Shown: positions 47,437 to 56,790 of the stretch, one piece after another
How the letters are laid out: every line of letters begins with the position of its first letter
Numbering within the stretch: position 1 is the stretch's first letter
Source of the DNA: Desulfobacteraceae bacterium
GTDB taxonomy: Bacteria > Desulfobacterota > Desulfobacteria > Desulfobacterales > Desulfosarcinaceae
Reading direction: 5' to 3'
NCBI GenBank assembly: GCA_050305555.1
Contig: JBNLFN010000052.1
Location: forward strand, 15,207 to 79,206
Length of the DNA: 64,000 nucleotides
Program-made: the position numbers and the translations under genes
Notes under the pieces: model-generated
Database searches by the model: none
Told to the model about the DNA's origin: nothing
The model's input: the letters and a program-made list of their open reading frames with translations, nothing else

Positions 47437-47525
47437 TAATACCTATGGTGCACATGCCACTATATTCGGTTGACCTGCATTCTGGTGATGGGATTTTAAT
47501 AATTGAAAGGGGCGCAAAACAACGC

Positions 47526-49280
47526 ATGCAAAGGGTCGCAGATTCTAAGATAGCGAATGTGATGAAGATGAGATCGGATTATGTTTCGGGATGGCTGGTC
47601 TGTATGCTGATATTTTTCTTGTTCAATTCGGTTGCCGTGGCCGGCTGGCGCATCGAAGGCGCGCGGTTTTCCCAATCGGTACACGCCGACACCTCTTGTG
47701 TGGACTGCCATTCGGACATCGGGGATCCTGACCACCATCCGGACCCAGGACATGTGAAAAAAAAGATGGTGGATTTTTTTGATGCGCAAAGCTGTTTGGA
47801 GTGTCATGAAGAAGTGCAAGGTGAGATAGAGGACGATGCCGAGCATGGCGGTGAGACGGTTGAGGATGTTCAGCGCTTTCTCAATTGCATTGCCTGTCAT
47901 GATCCCCATTACGAAGGTGCGCCGGAGCATATCCCAACCGGCGAAACAACGTCCTATTCCGGGGACGATGAAAACTGCATGGCCTGCCACCAGGCGGTTT
48001 CACCCAAAGATCCTGACGCAGTCAGGAAAAATCGCGAGTTTTGTTCTGCCTGCCATGTCATTGGCAAGCAGATGCCCGCAAGTGTGCCTGTCATGGATCC
48101 GGCGCAATATGACCAATCTGCCCATGCTACCTTGGATTGTCTGACCTGTCATCCCAAAGCCGCGCAATACGAGCATCATCTCCAGATTTCCGCGGATTGC
48201 GGTCAATGTCACACGCGCCACGAAGCGTCAGTGACCCATGATGCCCACAGCAACGTATCCTGCCAAGCCTGCCATCTGGGGAGTGTGGTGCCCAAGCGAG
48301 ATGCCCAAACCCACGCCGTGCTTTGGGAGCGGGCGACGCTGCCCGGCACCGTCACGATGCTGCACAACTTTGTCAAACCGGATGGTCAAGGGTGCACCCG
48401 ATGCCATTACGATAACAATCCTGTTGGGGCGGCGGCCATGGTTTTGCCGTCCAAAAGCGTATTGTGCATGCCCTGTCATGCCGCCACACTCACTGCCGGC
48501 GATATGACCACCCTGGTTTCGTTGACTGTTTTTGCCATCGGTATGTTGGGATTTGTCTCCTTGTGGTTTTCCGGCAGCTTTGCCGGCAGTGCCGGCACCC
48601 ATGTGGTGACCAATGCCTTGCAGGCCCTGGCAAAGACCTTCGCCGTGCTGTTTTCACCCAAGCTCGGCAATATATTAAAAACCCTCTGGTACGATGTGCT
48701 GCTTCAGCGGCGTCTTTACCAGCGATCCCCCCGGCGGTGGGCCATTCACGCCTTAATTTTCTGGCCTTTTGCGATCCGCTTCGTTTGGGGAATCGTCGCC
48801 CTGGTTTTGACCACCGGGTTGAAAGACTTCCCAATTGCCTGGGTGTTGATCGACAAGAATCATCCTGCCACGGCTCTCGTTTTTGATCTGACCGGCCTCT
48901 GTTTGGTGGTCGGCATCCTATTGGCCATGATTCGCGGCAGTGAGGCGGATAAAACGCGCGCTCCAGGTCTGCCGGCACAAGATCGCCTGGCCCTGATTCT
49001 GATCGGCGCCATTGCTCTGGTCGGTTTTGTCATCGAGGGTATGCGTATCGCCATGACCGGCGTCCAGGGACCGGCGGCCTTTGCTTTTATCGGCTATGGC
49101 ATCAGCAAACTGTTCTCGGGCATGCAGGGACTCACCGAGGCATATGGGTATCTATGGTACCTGCATGCCGTTCTAACCGGTGCATTTGTCGCTTATCTGC
49201 CCTTTAGCCGCATGATGCACATCATCATGTCGCCTGTGGTGATGGCCATGAATACGGCCACTGAAAAGGAACACCATTAA
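47526..49280 (+). CDS. decahaem c-type cytochrome fused to a NarI/DsrM/HdrE-type membrane cytochrome b
   Basis: Signal anchor, then ten CxxCH motifs (CVDCH, CLECH, CIACH, CMACH, CSACH, CLTCH, CGQCH, CQACH, CTRCH, CMPCH). The C-terminal ~250 aa have five TM helices with IHALIFW, YLHAVL and PFSRMMHI motifs of the NarI-like family. Confidence 0.8.
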   Translation: MQRVADSKIANVMKMRSDYVSGWLVCMLIFFLFNSVAVAGWRIEGARFSQSVHADTSCVDCHSDIGDPDHHPDPGHVKKKMVDFFDAQSCLECHEEVQGEIEDDAEHGGETVEDVQRFLNCIACHDPHYEGAPEHIPTGETTSYSGDDENCMACHQAVSPKDPDAVRKNREFCSACHVIGKQMPASVPVMDPAQYDQSAHATLDCLTCHPKAAQYEHHLQISADCGQCHTRHEASVTHDAHSNVSCQACHLGSVVPKRDAQTHAVLWERATLPGTVTMLHNFVKPDGQGCTRCHYDNNPVGAAAMVLPSKSVLCMPCHAATLTAGDMTTLVSLTVFAIGMLGFVSLWFSGSFAGSAGTHVVTNALQALAKTFAVLFSPKLGNILKTLWYDVLLQRRLYQRSPRRWAIHALIFWPFAIRFVWGIVALVLTTGLKDFPIAWVLIDKNHPATALVFDLTGLCLVVGILLAMIRGSEADKTRAPGLPAQDRLALILIGAIALVGFVIEGMRIAMTGVQGPAAFAFIGYGISKLFSGMQGLTEAYGYLWYLHAVLTGAFVAYLPFSRMMHIIMSPVVMAMNTATEKEHH

Positions 49281-49344
49281 ACTGTGAATCATCCGGATTT
49301 GGATGGTATCGCATCATAACCCCCTTTGATGGAGGAATTGAACC

Positions 49345-50727
49345 ATGGATGACAATATCAAAAATGCCCTCAAAGCGATTGTGGGGGAGGAGAACCTGAC
49401 CGACCAGCTTATCGATATGGTGTCGTATTCCTATGACGCTTCTGAGCACAGCCACCGCCCGGATTGTGCGGTGTGGGCAACGACCACCGAACAGGTCTCC
49501 CAAATCATGAAGTTGGCCACTGAACACAAAATTTCCGTGATTCCCAGAGGGGCCGGCACCGGTCTTTCAGGTATGGCGGTACCGGTGCAAGGCGGTATCG
49601 TGCTGGACTTAAACCGCATGAACAAAATTCACAAGATCAGTATCGAAGATCGCCTTGCCGTCGTAGAACCGGGAGTGATCTATGCGGATCTGGACCAGGC
49701 GCTGGCCCCCAGCGGTTTTTGTTTTCCGCCCGATCCCGGTAGCGGAACCGTTTGCACCCTGGGCGGCAATGTGGCCACCAACGCCGGTGGCGTAAAAGGG
49801 GCCAAATACGGCACCACCCGCGATTATATTTTGGGCCTCGAAGTCGTACTGGCCGACGGCCGTGTGATGAATACCGGCTCATCCACCATTAAATGTGTTT
49901 CCGGTTTTGACCTGACGCGATTGATCGTGGGCTCGGAAGGGACCTTGGGTGTGGTCACCAAAATCACCATGAAGATCAATCCCCGGCCCAAGGCAAGCAG
50001 TACGGCAGTCGCCACCTTTGAAAACCTTGAAGATGCCGGCAAAGCGGTAACCCAGATCATGTCCTCGGGGATTATTCCGGCGGTGATGGAGATTATGGAT
50101 CGGCCGACCATCCAAGCCATTAATCAGAATACCGAGTTGGGTCTGCCGGAAGTGGACGCCATGCTGTTGGTGGAAACCGACGGCTATACCCAGGGGGAGA
50201 CGGACCACCAACTGGAAAAAGTGATCGCCGTATTCAATGCCAACAATCCGTTGGAAGTCAAGCAGGCCAAATCCAAAGAAGAGGCCATGGATCTGTGGAA
50301 GGCCCGCAAATCGGCTTATGCGGTATTGGCTCGCATCCAGACCCACTTCGTGCTGGAGGATGTCACGGTGCCCATGGGCAAGATCGCCGACCTGCTGCGC
50401 GGTATCGGTGAAATTTCCAAAAAATACAATTTACAAATTGCGACTTTCGGTCACGCCGGTGATGGCAATTTGCATCCCCAGATTCTCTATGATGGATACA
50501 ATCCTGAAGAGGTGGAACGCATGGAAAAGGCCGTGGCCGATCTATTCCAATTATCGATTGACCTAAATGGAACCTTGACGGGTGAGCACGGTATCGGCAT
50601 CGCAAAGGCGCCGTTTATGTCGATGGAGCACGATGACGTTGAAATGGATGTCATGCGCATGGTGAAGCGCACATTTGACCCCAACAATATTTTGAACCCC
50701 GGCAAGATGGCTCTGGAGGTGAACTAA
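49345..50727 (+). CDS. FAD-linked oxidase, GlcD/D-lactate dehydrogenase type
   Basis: VIPRGAGTGLSGMAVP, FAD_binding_4 layout, C-terminal GTLTGEHGIGIAK...DPNNILNPGKM. GGAGGA RBS. Confidence 0.85.
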   Translation: MDDNIKNALKAIVGEENLTDQLIDMVSYSYDASEHSHRPDCAVWATTTEQVSQIMKLATEHKISVIPRGAGTGLSGMAVPVQGGIVLDLNRMNKIHKISIEDRLAVVEPGVIYADLDQALAPSGFCFPPDPGSGTVCTLGGNVATNAGGVKGAKYGTTRDYILGLEVVLADGRVMNTGSSTIKCVSGFDLTRLIVGSEGTLGVVTKITMKINPRPKASSTAVATFENLEDAGKAVTQIMSSGIIPAVMEIMDRPTIQAINQNTELGLPEVDAMLLVETDGYTQGETDHQLEKVIAVFNANNPLEVKQAKSKEEAMDLWKARKSAYAVLARIQTHFVLEDVTVPMGKIADLLRGIGEISKKYNLQIATFGHAGDGNLHPQILYDGYNPEEVERMEKAVADLFQLSIDLNGTLTGEHGIGIAKAPFMSMEHDDVEMDVMRMVKRTFDPNNILNPGKMALEVN

Positions 50728-50728
50728 C

Positions 50729-51832
50729 ATGGAACCCAAATATGAATTTGAAAGAAAATACCGCGAACAGATCCTGCAGTGCTCCCGCTGTGGCTATTGT
50801 CAGGCGGTTTGTCCGGTTTTCGGCGCGACCCAGCGTCCGGCGTTTAATGCCCGCGGCAAAATGCTGCTGCTCAAAGAGGTCATGGACAACAAGATTGACC
50901 TTGACGACGAGATGATCGAAACGATGTTCCAGTGTACGACCTGCGCGTCCTGCCACGAAAACTGCCCGTCCGGCGTCAACGTACCTGAGATCATCAAGCA
51001 GGTGCGCAAGGACATGGTCAACATCGGATCGTGCCATCCGGCCTTCACCGGTATGAACGAGGTGCTGCAAAAGCATACCAATATTTATGCCGAAGACGAG
51101 CCCGAAGATTTCGATCGTGAGCGCAATCAGAAGGCCGATTATGTTTATTTTATCGGCTGTGTGGGCCAATACCGTGAAGATGAAGCCACCGAAGCTGCCC
51201 TTGATCTGCTCGACCGATTGGACGTCAACTATACTCTTATTGACGAAGTGTGCTGCAGTGGTGTACTTGAAGATGTCGGCCATAAAATAAATCGCACGCT
51301 GGCCGAGCAAAACATCGAAACCATCTTGTCAACCGGCGCGAAAACAATTATCACCGGATGCCCGTACTGCTACCGCACGTTTAAAAACAAAGAGGAATAT
51401 GTCGCATTGCGCGACAAAGGGTTGAACCTGGTGCACATTTCCCAGTTCCTGAAAGATTTTGATTTGGGTGTGTCCACCGATTTGAGGGTCACCTATCATG
51501 ATCCCTGTGACCTGGGACGTCATTGTGGTATCTATGAAGAGCCGCGCGAGACCCTGCGCAAGATTGCCCCCAATTTCGTTGAGCTGCCCCATAACCATGC
51601 CGGTTCCCTGTGCTGCGGCTCCGGCGGTGGCGCCCGTGGGGCCTATGCCAAAAACTCATTGGCCATGGCCCGACGTCGGCTCAATGAGGCATTGGACATA
51701 GGGGCGGATGTGTTGGTGACCGAATGCAACTCTTGTGTGCATAACTTATCCAACTCGAAGCTGCGCAAAGACAAGATCCGTATTTGCAATACGACTGAGT
51801 TTATCAATGAGTTAATGGAAGACGCAGAGTAG
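50729..51832 (+). CDS. GlcF/HdrD-like iron-sulfur protein (2x[4Fe-4S] + two CCG domains)
   Basis: CSRCGYCQAVCP and CTTCASCHENCP; CCG-type motifs CCSG..., HDPCDLGR, CCGSGGG, CNSCVHN. Starts 1 nt after the GlcD stop. Confidence 0.8.
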   Translation: MEPKYEFERKYREQILQCSRCGYCQAVCPVFGATQRPAFNARGKMLLLKEVMDNKIDLDDEMIETMFQCTTCASCHENCPSGVNVPEIIKQVRKDMVNIGSCHPAFTGMNEVLQKHTNIYAEDEPEDFDRERNQKADYVYFIGCVGQYREDEATEAALDLLDRLDVNYTLIDEVCCSGVLEDVGHKINRTLAEQNIETILSTGAKTIITGCPYCYRTFKNKEEYVALRDKGLNLVHISQFLKDFDLGVSTDLRVTYHDPCDLGRHCGIYEEPRETLRKIAPNFVELPHNHAGSLCCGSGGGARGAYAKNSLAMARRRLNEALDIGADVLVTECNSCVHNLSNSKLRKDKIRICNTTEFINELMEDAE

Positions 51833-51943
51833 CAGTGCAAAGGATCGCCATTGTGTCAGCGTTCAACGGTGCCGAACCTATACGATTTGATTGCATCACA
51901 ACGACCAAAATAACCTTAACGCAAGAGACGAGGAGGAACAGAC

Positions 51944-52369
51944 ATGGATATCAAGGGTTACAACATGCCCGAAGAGCTGATCTATGACAAAGACCATTTC
52001 TGGATCAAAAAAGAAGGTGATCTGCTGGTCATGGGTATGGATGATTTTGCCCAGAAACTGGCCGGTGAGATTGTTTACATTCAGCTTCCCGATGATGGGA
52101 AAAAAATAAAAGCAGGTAAAAAGTTTGCGAAAGTCGAATCGGGAAAATGGTTGGGTAAAGTGTATGCCCCGGTGAATGGCGTTATCGACTCCGTCAACGA
52201 AGATTTGGAATCCAATCCCGGCCTGGTCAACGAAGACAGCTATGGCAAAGGATGGATGTATAAAATCAAGCCGGCCGACACCGAAGGTTTGGAAAATTTG
52301 ACCCAGGGCGCAGATGCGCTGCAAACCTGGATGGAAGCAGAAATCGAAAAGTATGCCGACAATGAATAA
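51944..52369 (+). CDS. GcvH-fold lipoyl-carrier protein (LbpA-like), not in a glycine-cleavage context
   Basis: HFWIKKEGDLLVMGMDDFAQKLAGEIVYIQLP..G..IKAGKKFAKVESGKWLGKVYAPVNGVIDSVNEDLESNPGLVNEDSYGKGWMYKI. The Lys in ESGKW aligns with the lipoyl-Lys of the ESVKA motif. GAGGAGGA RBS. Confidence 0.85.
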   Translation: MDIKGYNMPEELIYDKDHFWIKKEGDLLVMGMDDFAQKLAGEIVYIQLPDDGKKIKAGKKFAKVESGKWLGKVYAPVNGVIDSVNEDLESNPGLVNEDSYGKGWMYKIKPADTEGLENLTQGADALQTWMEAEIEKYADNE

Positions 52370-53567
52370 AGCGAAAAATAGCCGTTACCGCGTGCAGCAA
52401 TGCATGCAAATGGCCGCCTGTACCAATTGCCAGTCCTGTGCCGATGTCTGCCCGGCGGTGAAGGCCTCCGGGGACGGCCAACTTTCCGCATTGCATCGCA
52501 TGAAGGGGCTGCAACGGATTCTGAAAAGCCGCACGGGGGGTTTTTTTTCCAAGCTGTTGGGTGCCAAGCCGCTGACCGACGAACAGTGGAAAACATACTC
52601 TGAAACGGTTTATCGTTGCACGTTATGCGGCAATTGCCAGGAGGTCTGCCCGGTGGGGATCCACCTTAAAGACTTGTGGCTTTCATTGCGTGAAGATCTG
52701 GTGGACACCCAGCATTTTCCAAAGAAAATCAACATGATCAAGCGCAATTTGGAATCCAGCCGCAATGTCTTTAACGAAGACAATGAAGAGCGCGCCGAGT
52801 GGGTAGAGGACATGGACGATCCGCCGGACGATCTCTATGTCAAGGACCAGGCCGAAGTGGTTTACTTTACCGGATGCACGGCAGCCTATTTTCCGGTCGC
52901 CCAGAAGATTCCCCTGGCCCTGGCCGACATCCTGGTCCAGGCGGATATTGATTTTTCACTCTTGGGCGAAGAGGAGTGGTGCTGTGGGTTCCCCCTGTTG
53001 GGCGCCGGGCTGAAGGATATGTTCGGCGAATTTGCCGAGCACAACATTGAAGCGGTTTTGGAAAAGGGTGCTTCCCAAGTGGTCTTTGCGTGCCCCTCTT
53101 GTTATGAGATGTGGAAAGCGCATTACCCGTATAAAGCGCGGGGTATTCAGATTTATCATAGCACCCAGTATCTGGAAAGCATGATTGAGCAAGGCCGTCT
53201 GCCGTTTAAAACCCTTGATTTGACGGTTACCTATCATGATCCGTGCGATCTGGGTCGCGGCGCACGGGAATTTGATGCCCCCAGGGCGGTGATTCAAGCC
53301 ATACCGGGCGTTAAATTTGTGGAACTGCCCAACAATCGCGAGAACTGCAATTGCTGTGGCGGCGGCGGGAACCTGGAGATGGTGGATGCCGACTTGTCGG
53401 CCCGGATTGCCCAAAACAAGGTGGAAGAGGCGGTTTCCACAGGCGCGGATGCCATTGTGACCTCTTGCCAGCAATGTGTGCGTACCATGTTGACCTATGC
53501 CAAGCGCAACAAGATTGCCATCGAGGTCCTGGACATCACCCAACTGGTACACCGGGCAGTGGTATAG
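52362..53567 (+). CDS. HdrD-like iron-sulfur protein (2x[4Fe-4S] + two CCG domains)
   Basis: CTNCQSCADVCP and CTLCGNCQEVCP; WCCGFP, CPSCYEMW, HDPCDLGRG, CNCCGGGGN, CQQCVRT. The ATG at 52362 overlaps the GcvH-like stop by 8 nt. Confidence 0.8.
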   Translation: MNKAKNSRYRVQQCMQMAACTNCQSCADVCPAVKASGDGQLSALHRMKGLQRILKSRTGGFFSKLLGAKPLTDEQWKTYSETVYRCTLCGNCQEVCPVGIHLKDLWLSLREDLVDTQHFPKKINMIKRNLESSRNVFNEDNEERAEWVEDMDDPPDDLYVKDQAEVVYFTGCTAAYFPVAQKIPLALADILVQADIDFSLLGEEEWCCGFPLLGAGLKDMFGEFAEHNIEAVLEKGASQVVFACPSCYEMWKAHYPYKARGIQIYHSTQYLESMIEQGRLPFKTLDLTVTYHDPCDLGRGAREFDAPRAVIQAIPGVKFVELPNNRENCNCCGGGGNLEMVDADLSARIAQNKVEEAVSTGADAIVTSCQQCVRTMLTYAKRNKIAIEVLDITQLVHRAVV

Positions 53568-53579
53568 CATTACGTTGGC

Positions 53580-54098
53580 ATGGGCCGGCGAGCCATACGG
53601 AATAAACTTACAGCACTTGAGCAGGCCGTTGTTGTGGAAAACCGGGATCAAATTCAGGTGCGGCTCGAGGGCGGGCAGGCTTGTGTGAGCTTTGCCGGCG
53701 GACGTTTTTTTGTCAGACAACAGAACCACCATGACGCGTCGGCCGGTTGTCCCATGCAATTGATGCTTGGCGCTTTAGGGTCGTGCATCATATTGACCCT
53801 CCATGCGGTCGCCCAACACAAAGGCATCGTGTTGCGCGATACCTACTTGGCACTCGAATATCACCGGAACTCAAACGATGGCACCCGTTTCGAGGTGACA
53901 TTGAACCTGGATGATCACCTGACGGACCGAGAGCGCAAGATCTTGTACCAGTCCGCTCGCATTTGTGAGGTGGGCAAAATATTGAAGAGTGATGTGCAGA
54001 TCGATTACCGCCTGTTGGAACCGCAATCAGCTCGAGCATCTAATCCGACAACGGGCGGCCCCGGCCCACGGGCAAGCAAAAGCATGGCGGAGCGATAA
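53580..54098 (+). CDS. OsmC/Ohr-family thiol peroxidase-like protein
   Basis: GCPMQLMLGALGSCIILTL (first conserved Cys) and SARICEVGKIL (second conserved Cys) in OsmC-like spacing. Confidence 0.7.
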   Translation: MGRRAIRNKLTALEQAVVVENRDQIQVRLEGGQACVSFAGGRFFVRQQNHHDASAGCPMQLMLGALGSCIILTLHAVAQHKGIVLRDTYLALEYHRNSNDGTRFEVTLNLDDHLTDRERKILYQSARICEVGKILKSDVQIDYRLLEPQSARASNPTTGGPGPRASKSMAER

Positions 54099-54136
54099 GA
54101 AAACCGCTTAACCTATCAAAGGAGTATACGGCAAGT

Positions 54137-55729
54137 ATGACCCCGTGGCGTTTACTTGATACACCGCCCATGTCGGCCGCAGACAATATGGCCTTGGACG
54201 AGACCCTGTTGGAGCTCAAAGGCGAGGGCCGGTCTCCGAACACCATTCGGTTTCTGCAATTTAAACCGCGTTGTGTACTGGTGGGCTATCATCAATCGGT
54301 TCAGGAAGAGATACGGCTGGATTATTGCCGGGAACATGGGATCGATATCAATCGCCGCATCACCGGCGGCGGCGCCATTTTTTTCGATGAGAATCAGTTG
54401 GGATGGGAAATCTACTGCGATAAGAGCTTTTTCGATATTGTGATTCCCACTAACCGTTTGTTTAAGACCCTTTGCCAACCGGTGGCCACGGCGCTGGGGC
54501 GCCTGGGCGTCGCGGCTGAATTTCGCCCCCGCAACGATATCGAGATCAACGGTCGTAAAATATCCGGTACCGGCGGTACGGAATCTGAAGGCGCATTTAT
54601 GTTCCAGGGCACCATGCTGGTTGATTTTGATGTGAATACCATGCTGCGTGCCTTGCGCATCCCGGTGGAAAAACTCAAGGCCAAAGAGATCGATTCAGTC
54701 AAAGACCGTGTGACCTGTCTGAATTGGGAACTGGGCTATACGCCCTCCCTTGCGGAAATTAAAACCGCGATTCAATACGGTTTTGAAAAGCACCTGGGCA
54801 TATGCTTGCAAACGGGCGATCTAACCGCCCAAGAGCAGGAAGTATTTGAGCGCAAGCGCAAGCGGTATCACGCTTGGGAGTGGATCGATCGGGTGAAACC
54901 GAGATTTCAAAAACGGGAGGCTGTCCAATCTTCCTATAAGGCCGATGCAGGAATGGTGCGCTTTACCCTGGTGGTCAATCTAGCCCAACGCCGCTTGAAA
55001 GATGTTTTCATCACCGGTGATTTTCTGTCTTTTCCCAGTCGTGCGCTGTACGATCTGGAGTCCGGTTTACGGGGCATGCCCCTGGACCGTGATAAACTGA
55101 TGGATGCCATTCGTTGCCATTTCGATGAAGGCCGCATCGTCATTCCCGGTATGACGGTTGAAGATTTTACAAAACCGTTGGACCAAGCCCTTGAAAAGGT
55201 AGAGATTACCAAAACCGGCATTCCATTGGAATTGGCCAATTTGATCTCTGTGGCCAACGGCTCTTTTGAAGACATTTTGCGCCAAGACCCATCTGTCCTG
55301 TTGCTGCCCTATTGCGCTAAATTGACGGATTGCGACCTTCGCTATACCAAAGGGTGCAACGTTTGTGGGCAGGAAGCGTGCACCATCGGTCCGGCCTGGA
55401 CCATGGGGCGCAAGTGCAAAATGAAAGTGCTGACGGTTACGAGTTTTGAAGACTTGTGGGCCGAGTTGACCCATATGCGGCAAAAAGGGATCACCGCCTA
55501 TATTGGGTGTTGCTGCCAACCTTTTTTTGCCAAACATGTGGATGATTTTAAACGCAGCCGAATGCCGGGCATCCTGCTCGATATCGACAACACCACCTGC
55601 TATGACCTGGACCAGGCCAAAGCGGCCTATGCCGGCAGTTTTGAAAGTCAAACCGAATTGAATCTGGATCTTTTGGAAGCCGTGCTCCAAGCCGGCGCCG
55701 ACATAAAAGCCCAAGGCGGGGTGGCCTGA
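54137..55729 (+). CDS. lipoate/octanoate-protein ligase (LplA-type, with accessory domain) fused to a C-terminal DUF116-like Cys-rich domain
   Basis: MALDETLL..., RRITGGGAIFFD, NDIEINGRKISGTGG (LplA catalytic motifs). The last ~150 aa read LLLPYCAKLTDCDL..GCNVCGQEACTIG...AYIGCCCQPFF...ILLDIDNTTCYD, the DUF116 pattern. AAAGGAG RBS. Confidence 0.8.
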   Translation: MTPWRLLDTPPMSAADNMALDETLLELKGEGRSPNTIRFLQFKPRCVLVGYHQSVQEEIRLDYCREHGIDINRRITGGGAIFFDENQLGWEIYCDKSFFDIVIPTNRLFKTLCQPVATALGRLGVAAEFRPRNDIEINGRKISGTGGTESEGAFMFQGTMLVDFDVNTMLRALRIPVEKLKAKEIDSVKDRVTCLNWELGYTPSLAEIKTAIQYGFEKHLGICLQTGDLTAQEQEVFERKRKRYHAWEWIDRVKPRFQKREAVQSSYKADAGMVRFTLVVNLAQRRLKDVFITGDFLSFPSRALYDLESGLRGMPLDRDKLMDAIRCHFDEGRIVIPGMTVEDFTKPLDQALEKVEITKTGIPLELANLISVANGSFEDILRQDPSVLLLPYCAKLTDCDLRYTKGCNVCGQEACTIGPAWTMGRKCKMKVLTVTSFEDLWAELTHMRQKGITAYIGCCCQPFFAKHVDDFKRSRMPGILLDIDNTTCYDLDQAKAAYAGSFESQTELNLDLLEAVLQAGADIKAQGGVA

Positions 55730-56790
55730 TGGACTTGCAGCCTTGCGATATTTTAGTGGTCGGCGCAGGGCCGGCCGGGGCGGCCGCGGCACGATCCGCC
55801 GCCCTTTGTGGTGCTAAGGTGCTGCTGGTGGAGCGTCGATCCATCGTGGGTATACCGGTGCAATGTGCCGAATTTATTCCGGCCCTGCTATTGCGCAAGG
55901 TCAACTTGGGACGTGGGTTTGTGGTCCAAACCATCAAAGGCATGAAAACCTTTCGCCCTGAAACACCGGAAACCGTTACCAAAGCACCCGGATATATCAT
56001 TCGCCGGGATCTGTTCGATCAGGCCCTTGTCCAGGCCGCCCAAGATGAAGGCGCTCGAGTCTTGACGGCTACCCGGGCTGTGGATCACTGGGACTCCGGA
56101 GCGGTTATCCTAAAACAGAAAGAGGGTCGCTACATTAAAGTGCAACCCTGGATTATTATCGGTGCCGATGGCCCCCATTCCACTGTGGGGCGCTGGGTCG
56201 GCGCCATAAACATGCATTTATTGCCCGCAGCCCAGGTGACCATGGCGTTGACCCGGCCGCTAAACTACACGGAAGTCTATTTTCGCCCTGATATTTTTGC
56301 AGGATATGGATGGCTTTTTCCCAAAGGCCGATTCGCCAATGTGGGCTTGGGATTGAAAAAAGACGACACTTCCAGTGAGCGCATTCGAAAACGCTTGGAT
56401 CGTTTTGTGGCGGACTTGAAATCTCAAAATAAAATTCAAGGCCATCCGGTTTCCTATACGGCCGGGTGGATTCCGGCCGAACCCGTGCGCCAAACCGTAT
56501 ACAACCACATTGCTCTGGTGGGCGATGCGGCGGGCCACACCCATTCCATTACCGGCGCCGGTATCTTCGCGGCGGTGATCGGCGGGCAGATGGCCGGCAA
56601 GTGGGCCGGCCGTGCCGTCAAAGCTAAAGACATCAATCTTTTGGCCCGCTATGACGATGAGTGGCAGGATTTGATGGCGGATACTTTGCAACGGGCTCAT
56701 GAACGGCGCCGTTTTATGGAAGCGCAATGGCATGATTTCAGGACCACGGTGCAGCACTGTTGGGTCGCCTATCGGGAATATTATGGGTAA
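55729..56790 (+). CDS. geranylgeranyl-reductase-family FAD oxidoreductase (LipT-like)
   Basis: DILVVGAGPAGAAAARSAALCGAKVLLVERR and LVGDAAGHTHSITGAGI. Its ATG overlaps the preceding TGA. Confidence 0.8.
   Translation: MDLQPCDILVVGAGPAGAAAARSAALCGAKVLLVERRSIVGIPVQCAEFIPALLLRKVNLGRGFVVQTIKGMKTFRPETPETVTKAPGYIIRRDLFDQALVQAAQDEGARVLTATRAVDHWDSGAVILKQKEGRYIKVQPWIIIGADGPHSTVGRWVGAINMHLLPAAQVTMALTRPLNYTEVYFRPDIFAGYGWLFPKGRFANVGLGLKKDDTSSERIRKRLDRFVADLKSQNKIQGHPVSYTAGWIPAEPVRQTVYNHIALVGDAAGHTHSITGAGIFAAVIGGQMAGKWAGRAVKAKDINLLARYDDEWQDLMADTLQRAHERRRFMEAQWHDFRTTVQHCWVAYREYYG

Noticed and set aside
47391-47525. N-terminal 45-codon extension of the decahaem cytochrome ORF
   Set aside because: It contains the palindromic operator-like box and has no RBS. 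The ATG at 47526 has AAAGGGG upstream and is followed by a signal anchor.
52956-53759. 267-aa ORF on the minus strand
   Set aside because: Antisense to the HdrD-like and OsmC-like genes, with no motifs. Shadow ORF.
55067-55792. 241-aa ORF on the minus strand
   Set aside because: Antisense to the ligase gene. Shadow ORF.
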